Assembly: GCA_030247525.1 (NCBI GenBank) | Contig: JAOTSC010000001.1 | Location: 92-64,091, forward strand | Direction of reading: 5' to 3' | From: a bacterium | GTDB taxonomy: Bacteria > Electryoneota > JAOADG01 | DNA: 64,000 nucleotides | Part shown: one piece after another, positions 57,256 through 64,000 of the stretch | Layout: every line of letters starts with the position of its first letter | Numbering within the stretch: the stretch's first letter is position 1 | The notes under the pieces: generated by a model | The model's input: the letters and a program-made list of their open reading frames with translations, nothing else | Databases searched by the model: none | Told to the model about the DNA's origin: nothing | Made by a program: the position numbers and the translations under genes

Positions 57256-58437
57256 TTGGATATCATGCGACAGTGTACAATTCGTAATCTCCGCACCGGG
57301 ATGGTGCTTGGCAGACCAGTATTTGACGATCAGTTCCGGCTATTGTTAGCGCAAGGGACCGAACTGAATCTTGAATACATCGCGCGTCTCCAACGCTACA
57401 AGTTTAACTTCGTGTACATTCAGGAAGAAGGTACCGAATCTATCGTTGCGGAAGATTTGCTCGACTTGGAAGATCGGCAACATCTCTTCCATGTGTATCA
57501 ACGAGCAGTAGGAGGAAAGCCTTCTAACGCTCGTTCAGCTATGATACCCGAACGAGCAGCCCCTGAAGTACAGGCTCCTCCTCCCACCCGGCTACGGATG
57601 TTAAAGCAGGCTTCGTCTTCGCTATTGGATAATTTGTTACAATCACCCATTCAACACTTCTATCCCAGTGTGAAAGTTGCCGAGAAACTGCATTTTCACC
57701 ACTCGCTCGATGTCGCCATGCTTTGTATCATGATTGGCATCCGACTGCATTACCCGTTCCGTGAATTGGAAGCGTTAGCATTAGCAGCCTTATTGCACGA
57801 TATCGGAAAATCAAAACTGCCAGAGTCACTCTCCGAGAAGCCGGGTGACCAACGCACCCTTAGCGAAGAGAAACAATACCGGGAACACGCTTCACTTGGC
57901 GCTGAATTAGTAAGCAATGATCCGATGCTCCCGCTTAGTGTGGGGGTTGCAATATATCAGCATCATGAGAATTTCGATGGTAGTGGCTTTCCCGAAGGCA
58001 TCCGCGGCGATCCCAACCCACCGTTCTCAGAACGGAACAAACGGGGATCGATTTTTCGCCATGCCGAAGTAATCGCAGTTGCTAACTATTTCGATAATTT
58101 GGTCAATGGCAAAACCCGCACCGATCCGTTAACACCTTTGCAAGCCGTTGAGGAAATAACTGCGCTCGCAGGTACTCGCTTTCATCCCTACGTCGTTACT
58201 GAAGCGATTTCAATTATCAATGTGTTCCCCATTGGCAGTTTAGTCCGGATCAAGCAAACCCGTCAAACCGACCTGTTGTTGTATCGTGGCGTCGTATCGA
58301 AAGTGTTTTCGGAGGATCTTCATCATCCGGAAGTTTTACTTTTACGGAATGACCGTGGTCATAAATTGGATCGGCCACTGCTGGTCAATTTAAAGGATGA
58401 TTCACAGGCAAGGCTTGAATGTATACTTGAGTTATGA
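57256..58437 (+). CDS. HD-GYP-type c-di-GMP phosphodiesterase domain protein (GYP to GFP variant)
   Basis: LLHDIGK ... HHENFDGSGFPEGIRG is an HD-GYP signature in which Tyr is replaced by Phe. N-terminal uncharacterised region. Confidence 0.75.
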   Translation: MDIMRQCTIRNLRTGMVLGRPVFDDQFRLLLAQGTELNLEYIARLQRYKFNFVYIQEEGTESIVAEDLLDLEDRQHLFHVYQRAVGGKPSNARSAMIPERAAPEVQAPPPTRLRMLKQASSSLLDNLLQSPIQHFYPSVKVAEKLHFHHSLDVAMLCIMIGIRLHYPFRELEALALAALLHDIGKSKLPESLSEKPGDQRTLSEEKQYREHASLGAELVSNDPMLPLSVGVAIYQHHENFDGSGFPEGIRGDPNPPFSERNKRGSIFRHAEVIAVANYFDNLVNGKTRTDPLTPLQAVEEITALAGTRFHPYVVTEAISIINVFPIGSLVRIKQTRQTDLLLYRGVVSKVFSEDLHHPEVLLLRNDRGHKLDRPLLVNLKDDSQARLECILEL

Positions 58438-58550
58438 AAACCAAAAATCTTTCAAATGTTTGAAAATTACTATTTTTCTGACATTTCTTCGTATAACTTA
58501 TTGACGCATTCATGCATGAAACCCAGTTTGGCAACGGGGGTATTACCAAA

Positions 58551-59270
58551 ATGGAAAACAGCGCTATCGCCACTTTCATAACCCAGCGCCCCAGTCGCGC
58601 CGAAGTCTTTCTTGCACTCGAAATCGATTACAGCGTAGTAGGTTCGCAGACTCTTGCAGAAGTATGTAAAGCAAAAGGTATTTCAGTGAACGAAGTGTTA
58701 AAACGGATTGTCGACCATGACCAGCGGACTCGACATACCGAGGAATTCGACTGGTCGAAATCTACCCTACGGGAGTTGGTTCAGCATATCGAAGCCAATC
58801 ACCACCAATATTTGCGGACGGTACTTCCGAAGCTTTTCGATCAATTACAAGGAGTAGCCCAGCTTTACGGCAAAGAACATCCGGAAATCCTTGAGTTGCA
58901 GAAGCTGTTCGGAGCTTTCCGGTTTGCTGTTGAAGCGCACCTCTTAAGCGAAGAGAAAGTGCTGTTTCCGACGATTGTTGCTTTAGAAAGTGGCGAGTTA
59001 CAGTGGCAGGGTGATCACTCATCGAGCGAAGAAATAAAAGTCCGAATCCGGGAACATGATACTTCAGCCGACGATATCAAACAAATGCGACAAATCACGA
59101 ATAATTTTTGTGCCCCCGACGATACTGGTGAAAGTTACCGCAGTGTTCTCGATGGACTTTGCCAGTTAGAAAAAGATTTGCATCTACACATCCATAAAGA
59201 GAATAACATACTCTTTCCCCGAGCGAGTCAGTTGGCAATGGAGCAACTGAAAGCCGGTTCACATCATTGA
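58551..59270 (+). CDS. iron-sulfur cluster repair di-iron protein (RIC/ScdA/YtfE family, hemerythrin-like)
   Basis: ScdA_N-like N-terminus followed by two hemerythrin HxxxE-type motifs (HHQYLRTVLPKLF...H...E; HLHIHKENNILFP). The conserved N-terminal CCGG appears replaced (YSVVGS). Confidence 0.7.
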   Translation: MENSAIATFITQRPSRAEVFLALEIDYSVVGSQTLAEVCKAKGISVNEVLKRIVDHDQRTRHTEEFDWSKSTLRELVQHIEANHHQYLRTVLPKLFDQLQGVAQLYGKEHPEILELQKLFGAFRFAVEAHLLSEEKVLFPTIVALESGELQWQGDHSSSEEIKVRIREHDTSADDIKQMRQITNNFCAPDDTGESYRSVLDGLCQLEKDLHLHIHKENNILFPRASQLAMEQLKAGSHH

Positions 59271-59275
59271 CAACT

Positions 59276-59307
59276 CACAAAAAAACCGGACAATGTCCGG
59301 TTTTTTC
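59276..59307. terminator. bidirectional intrinsic terminator
   Basis: AAAAACCGGACA-ATG-TCCGGTTTTTT. Confidence 0.65.
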
Positions 59308-59362
59308 GAGTGGAGCTACGAGTTTTCGATCGTTTGGATTTGTGAACCTCCCTGCGGTCCAG

Positions 59363-59962
59363 TTATCCATTCTTTTTCGTTAACTCGAGCTCCAACTCAA
59401 TCGTTACTTCCTTCCCCACCACAAAACCACCAGTCTCCAACGCTTTGTTGTAAGTCAAACCGAAATCTTCTCGATTGATAAGTGCCGTTGCTCGTGCTGC
59501 GGTTACCTTTTTGCCCCAGGGAGTATCAAGTATTGGAGTAAAACCTTCCCCCTTCAGCACGATCTGGCGGGTAACACCACGCATGGTCAAATCACCTGTT
59601 ACTTCGTACTTGCCTCCTCCCAACGACTTCGCAGATTTCGACTTAAATATCATTTGTGGATGTTTTTCCGCTTCGAAGAAATCAGCACTCTTCAGATGGG
59701 CATCCCGCTGGGCATTGCGGGTATCGATCGAATTAACATCTATCTTTGCCTCCACTTGTAACGCTTCCGGTTTCGCATCGTCGAAAATGACTTTTGCTTC
59801 GTACTTGTTAAAGCTACCTCTCACTGTCGAGACCATCATGTGTTTGACAGCAAAACCAACGCTGGAATGCGCGAGATCGACTTCCCATTCAGCTGCAGCC
59901 GCCCCACCGCTGATTACAAACGCTGCGACAAGAGCAATTGTTGTTTTTCCGATGAATTTCAT
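59363..59962 (-). CDS. YceI-family periplasmic protein
   Basis: Signal peptide plus the YceI-like lipocalin signature (VDLAHSSVGFAVKHMMVSTVRGSF ... DTRNAQRDAHLKSADFF). Confidence 0.8.
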   Translation of the reverse strand: MKFIGKTTIALVAAFVISGGAAAAEWEVDLAHSSVGFAVKHMMVSTVRGSFNKYEAKVIFDDAKPEALQVEAKIDVNSIDTRNAQRDAHLKSADFFEAEKHPQMIFKSKSAKSLGGGKYEVTGDLTMRGVTRQIVLKGEGFTPILDTPWGKKVTAARATALINREDFGLTYNKALETGGFVVGKEVTIELELELTKKNG

Positions 59963-60091
59963 TCTGCCTCCCGTTTTTGCTAATTGATAAAAACACGTAT
60001 TGTTCGATGTCGAACGAATAGAGGTACGGAAGAAATCAAGCGCTTGTTGGACAAACCAACATCTCATAGAGAATAGCAGGAGTTAAGTGCT

Positions 60092-60511
60092 CTACTGGGG
60101 AGTCGTATGGCGCTGGCGGTTGGCGATAATCAGCCAAGCGATCAGGATGATGAGGAAAAAGACAAACAGCGCCCAAGCGAGTGCTTGTAGTGTTTCGATC
60201 AGGGTTCGCACCATTTCCAAGAGCAAGCGCTCATTATTCAAAAGTAGCGGCGCGAAGCTTTCTTCGCCTCCACGTTTTGCCGGATTTATATACCGTTCGA
60301 TATCGTAGATGCGAACACCACCCCCGATACCGATGACATACAAAGCAAAAGCGAGGTAACGGCGAAATGCCAATGTGATATCGTCGGGAAAAATTTTGCT
60401 CAGCATTTTCAGGACAGTTTTGTGAAACACCTGATTAACCGAGAAGCAGGTCGCCGCGGATAATGCAAGAGTCAAAAACAACAATGTGATAACCATTACA
60501 ACTCTCCCCAC
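60092..60511 (-). CDS. hypothetical membrane protein
   Basis: Three predicted TM helices. No motif recognised. Confidence 0.4.
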   Translation of the reverse strand: MGRVVMVITLLFLTLALSAATCFSVNQVFHKTVLKMLSKIFPDDITLAFRRYLAFALYVIGIGGGVRIYDIERYINPAKRGGEESFAPLLLNNERLLLEMVRTLIETLQALAWALFVFFLIILIAWLIIANRQRHTTPQ

Positions 60512-60654
60512 TCAGTTTGTGTCTGATTACAAGGTATTCCACTTCTTATCCTTTCCAAAACCAAACTTCCTCATTTCGATACAAAAGCTTTCTTAGGCAC
60601 CTCCTCCATCTTATCTTGTCGTTTGGCAAAACAGTAGCAATCGATTTGGGAGCT

Positions 60655-62817
60655 ATGATGAAAACCGTTTCAACTTTGTTTCGAGCAATCACCACCCGTA
60701 GTATCTTCTTTTGGGTTCTTGCTTTCATAACATTTGATTCACCGGCACATGCCCAGGATAGTCTCAACATTCGCTTAGCTTCCCAATACATGTATTGGGA
60801 TACTGCGATTGACATCGTTAAGCGAGGTTCCATTTCGGCGATTGCTACCGGACCTACCGGGGTTGTTTTTGCTGAATTGCTGAATAATACTATCTCACAG
60901 ACTGGATCAATCCAGACGCAAGGGAACGCTGAAGGGCTTAGTTATGCGAACGGTTTATTAGTTGTCTGTGAAGGGGTCAACGGCATAGAAATCTTCGGTT
61001 GGAACGACACGTCGCCAGTAACGTTGCTATCTAATATTTCCCTACCTACTACACAATCGTACTGCTCGGCAATCAAAGACACAATTTTAGTGATCGGAAC
61101 ACTTGATGGGCTCTATACCTATTCCATCGCCGATCCAGTGAATCCAGCACCCATTGGTCATATTACTCTAAATGTCAATGTTCGAGCAATCGCGATACGC
61201 GATACTATCGCCGTGCTATCAGTTAGTTCTCCTGGACTACTCATCATCAACCTTGCCGACCCGGTAAACCTTCCCACAATTAGCTCACTCGAATCTACTA
61301 GTTCGGTCATGAGTTCCGCTTGGATCGATTCGACCCACATTATCTGCGCCGAATCCAATCGGGTACGAACCATCTCGCTGGAAAATCCGGCGTCACCACA
61401 AGTACTCGGACAAGCGACCATGTTGGGAACTGCGACTTCAGTCACCGTTCGTGATACCGTTGCCTATGTCAGTTCTCAGTCGGCAGGGCTGCGAGTCGTT
61501 GGGTTGTCCAATCTCATGGCACCATCGATTCTGGGAGGCGGTTTGACGCAATCTGGCGCTCGAAAAGCAGTTCTGGAGGGTCAATTAGCGTTTGTTGCCG
61601 ATGGTCAATATGGTTTTAGTGTGGTGGATGTATCCTCGCCGACAACACCATTACTGTTTGCGTCATACGATCCACCGGCTCGGATGGAAGCAATTGCAAA
61701 AATTGGTGATTATGCTTATATCGGATCGTTTGGAAAAGGATTGCGGATTGTAGACGTTTCTAATCGCTATGCACCGATCGAAGTAAATTCAGTTTTCTCG
61801 GATCGATATCCAATTGATCTTACCACAATCGGAAATACAATCTACTCGTTAGCATCCTATCGTGATCGTGCCTTACAAATTGTTGATGTTGCAGCACCGC
61901 AGAACCCACAATTGTTAGGTTCGTTTCCCCTTTCCTTCGATGCCTATGGGTTTGATGCGAAAGATGGCTACGGATTCATTGCTTACGGAACCTATGGATT
62001 ACGGGTGGTTAGCGTTCCCACGAATCCTACCCTGATCCGTTCCATTGATACGATTGGCTTTACCCGCGATATCGAAATCGTCGATAGCACCGCATTCATT
62101 GCGGTCGATGGCGGAAAGCTACTCGTTTGGAATGTAGCAGACCCGATGCAGCCACGGCAGATTTTTTCCTATACGTTTACCGGACACCCGCAATCGATTG
62201 CGGTTTCGGGACAGTTTTGCTTTGTCGTCGACAGTGACTCAGGGTTACGGGTGTTTAGTGCCGATCAGACCGAACGTCAGCAAATCGCAACAATTCCTAT
62301 ACCGAATCTTTTATCGATTGCCGTATCCGGTTATCATGTATATGCTGCTTGTGGGTATGACGGGCTAAAAGTGTACTCGCTACATAATCCGTTCGATCCC
62401 CGTTTGGTCGGGTACTACGATACGCGTGGCGCTGTTTTGGAGATAACAGTCGAAGATGGTTTTGCCTATGTTGCTGACCGAACCAGTCTCAGTATCTTCG
62501 ATTGCAATGAAGCGGTATCGGTAGAAGAAGAAACTTCGAATCGTCAATTACCAAACAACATTGCGCTGTTATCTGCTTATCCAAATCCGTTCAACGCATC
62601 TACAACCGTCACATTTTCCCTGCCGCATACAGCGCCGGTGAGAATTCAGTTGTTTAATGTTACTGGACAACTCCTCGAAACATTGTCGGATAGCTACCGG
62701 GAAGCCGGAACGCATTCCTTCTCGTTCAGTGGAAATAATCTTGCGGCGGGAACATATATCATCGCCGCTCAGCTTGGGAATGAGCAGGTAAGCAAGAAAA
62801 TTGTTCTTCTGAAGTAG
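60655..62817 (+). CDS. secreted LVIVD-repeat beta-propeller protein with T9SS C-terminal sorting domain
   Basis: Signal peptide. More than 10 LVIVD-like repeats (GLRVV, GLRIVDVS, ALQIVDVA, GLRVVSV, LLVWNVADP, GLKVYSL). T9SS type-A CTD (AYPNPFNASTTVTFSLP...GTYIIAAQLGNEQVSKKIVLLK). Confidence 0.75.
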   Translation: MMKTVSTLFRAITTRSIFFWVLAFITFDSPAHAQDSLNIRLASQYMYWDTAIDIVKRGSISAIATGPTGVVFAELLNNTISQTGSIQTQGNAEGLSYANGLLVVCEGVNGIEIFGWNDTSPVTLLSNISLPTTQSYCSAIKDTILVIGTLDGLYTYSIADPVNPAPIGHITLNVNVRAIAIRDTIAVLSVSSPGLLIINLADPVNLPTISSLESTSSVMSSAWIDSTHIICAESNRVRTISLENPASPQVLGQATMLGTATSVTVRDTVAYVSSQSAGLRVVGLSNLMAPSILGGGLTQSGARKAVLEGQLAFVADGQYGFSVVDVSSPTTPLLFASYDPPARMEAIAKIGDYAYIGSFGKGLRIVDVSNRYAPIEVNSVFSDRYPIDLTTIGNTIYSLASYRDRALQIVDVAAPQNPQLLGSFPLSFDAYGFDAKDGYGFIAYGTYGLRVVSVPTNPTLIRSIDTIGFTRDIEIVDSTAFIAVDGGKLLVWNVADPMQPRQIFSYTFTGHPQSIAVSGQFCFVVDSDSGLRVFSADQTERQQIATIPIPNLLSIAVSGYHVYAACGYDGLKVYSLHNPFDPRLVGYYDTRGAVLEITVEDGFAYVADRTSLSIFDCNEAVSVEEETSNRQLPNNIALLSAYPNPFNASTTVTFSLPHTAPVRIQLFNVTGQLLETLSDSYREAGTHSFSFSGNNLAAGTYIIAAQLGNEQVSKKIVLLK

Positions 62818-62820
62818 CAG

Positions 62821-63600
62821 TTATTCGAGTGGTGCTTCCCGTGCTGTTAATGCGGTGTAAAGCGCAATAGCGGCAGCAACCGATGCATTCAAACTTTTCA
62901 GCGCACCGGGCGACGGAATTGCCGTGACGGCGTCGCAAACTTTTCGTAGGCTTTGCGACACTCCACTCCCTTCGCCACCAATGACCCAAACGATTCGTTC
63001 CGGCAGTTCTAAATCGATTATCGATTGTTCCGATTCCTCAGCTAAGGCAAATACCCAAAACCCGTTCGCTTTGAGTATATCAATCGCGTGATTTAAATGC
63101 TTAGCACGAACAATGGGAACATGGAACATACCGCCAGCCGAAGCTTTGGCAGTGGCAGGTGAAAGCGGCGCATTATGACGTTCACCAACAATCACCCCAT
63201 CGGCGCCAAACACTGCTGCTGAACGAAGTATCGCACCCAAATTTCCAGGATCTTCAATCCCATCCAACATCAATGCCGTTACCGGTTTCCCGTTAGTAAG
63301 TTGTGTCAACCAGTGATCAAGGGGAATGGTTTCCACTGAAGCCAGTCGGGCGGCAACCCCTTGATGACGAATGCCGTTGGAGTAGCGGTCTAATGCAGCT
63401 CGGGGAATCAAATCGACTGGGCAAACGCCTTTTGCCGCATCTCGAATCTCTTGAATAATGTCACCGTGCGATTCATCAGCAAGGTAAATCCGTTCGACCG
63501 TTTTTTTCGCTGCTAACGCTTCCAGCAATGGTTGGCGTCCAAACACCCAGCCTTCGCGTTGCTCGATTATATTTTCATTATTATTCGACTCGGTCGACAT
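62821..63600 (-). CDS. rlmB: SpoU/TrmH-family 23S rRNA (Gm2251) 2'-O-methyltransferase RlmB-like
   Basis: N-terminal SpoU_sub_bind region and SPOUT motifs (LDGIEDPGNLGAILRSA, GGEGSGVS). Confidence 0.8.
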   Translation of the reverse strand: MSTESNNNENIIEQREGWVFGRQPLLEALAAKKTVERIYLADESHGDIIQEIRDAAKGVCPVDLIPRAALDRYSNGIRHQGVAARLASVETIPLDHWLTQLTNGKPVTALMLDGIEDPGNLGAILRSAAVFGADGVIVGERHNAPLSPATAKASAGGMFHVPIVRAKHLNHAIDILKANGFWVFALAEESEQSIIDLELPERIVWVIGGEGSGVSQSLRKVCDAVTAIPSPGALKSLNASVAAAIALYTALTAREAPLE

Positions 63601-64000
63601 TCGATCCCTTTCTAAACTCGGCGTTCCACCATTCCCGGAAGAGAATAGTACCAATCGCCGTTACCGGTACGGCAAAGATCAAACCAAACAAACCAAACAG
63701 TTGTGCACCGATCGCCAACGTAATCATCGTCATTAAGTCGGACATCCCAACCGCTTTTCCCATAATCCGAGGCGTGAGAAAATTCCCTTCGAGAAACTGG
63801 ATTATTCCATACAGTACAACGATTTTCACAATTACGAACAACCCGCCGCCGCCGGTAAGACCAAGCAGGATGGCGAGAATCAAACTTAGTAAAATCCCGA
63901 TATATGGAACGAATGCCAATAGCATCGTCAGTACAGCAATCGTCAACGCGTAGTTTACTCCAATTATCGCTAACCCAATTCCGGTCGCACTCCCGATGAA
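63581..64000 (-). CDS. AI-2E family transporter (PerM-like), C-terminal part; gene continues beyond the window end
   Basis: TM-rich C-terminus (VPYIGILLSLILAILLG...NFLTPRIMGKAVGMSDLMTMITLAIGAQLFGLFGLIFAVP) is typical of AI-2E/PerM. The reading frame stays open through nt 64000. Confidence 0.75.
   Translation of the reverse strand, partial: FIGSATGIGLAIIGVNYALTIAVLTMLLAFVPYIGILLSLILAILLGLTGGGGLFVIVKIVVLYGIIQFLEGNFLTPRIMGKAVGMSDLMTMITLAIGAQLFGLFGLIFAVPVTAIGTILFREWWNAEFRKGSNVDRVE

Noticed and set aside
1-64000. Searched for mobile-element hallmarks (transposase/integrase ORFs, terminal inverted repeats, tRNA-adjacent islands, abrupt GC shifts)
   Set aside because: None found. Gene content is housekeeping with consistent composition. 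Apart from the T9SS cargo genes and the paralog pair, the window looks like conserved core chromosome rather than an accessory island.

Overview
This 64-kb window looks like core chromosome from a Gram-negative bacterium of roughly 50% GC. Two secreted proteins carry C-terminal type IX secretion (T9SS) sorting domains, which suggests the FCB group (Bacteroidota, Ignavibacteriota or similar). I found no transposases, integrases, CRISPR arrays or rRNA genes, and no tRNA was recognisable by eye.

The left 11 kb is one long minus-strand, translationally coupled aromatic/menaquinone operon: aroE(partial)-aroA-DAHP synthase-menE-menC-menA-menB-menD::menH(fused)-menF, with ubiE/menG diverging from it. 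After that come:
- an SDR-type L-threonine dehydrogenase coupled to a DegT-family aminotransferase that carries an unusual N-terminal extension
- a MarR regulator and an FmdB zinc-ribbon protein
- a divergent pair made of a membrane PP2C sensor phosphatase and a 1452-aa hybrid histidine kinase
- a complete SUF Fe-S operon (Rrf2 regulator, sufCBD, a Rieske ferredoxin, sufS, sufU) flanked by unusual paired palindromic hairpins
- T9SS cargo proteins with BNR/Asp-box and LVIVD repeats
- tandem paralogous small membrane proteins
- dapL, purA and secDF
- a tightly coupled operon of small basic protein, hypothetical protein, YhaM-like OB/HD nuclease and secreted SNase
- CsaA and two c-type cytochromes
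- an EVE-domain protein and an Mth938-like protein
- proDH, rluD, ychF and two crotonases
- mfd, an HD-GYP variant, an RIC di-iron protein, YceI and rlmB
- the 3' end of an AI-2E transporter gene at the right edge

No single obviously novel multi-gene system stands out. The most unusual items are the structured non-coding element 3' of sufU, the nuclease operon, the TDH-DegT pair, the MenD-MenH fusion and the tandem membrane paralogs. All calls rest on motif recognition by eye; no database search was run.
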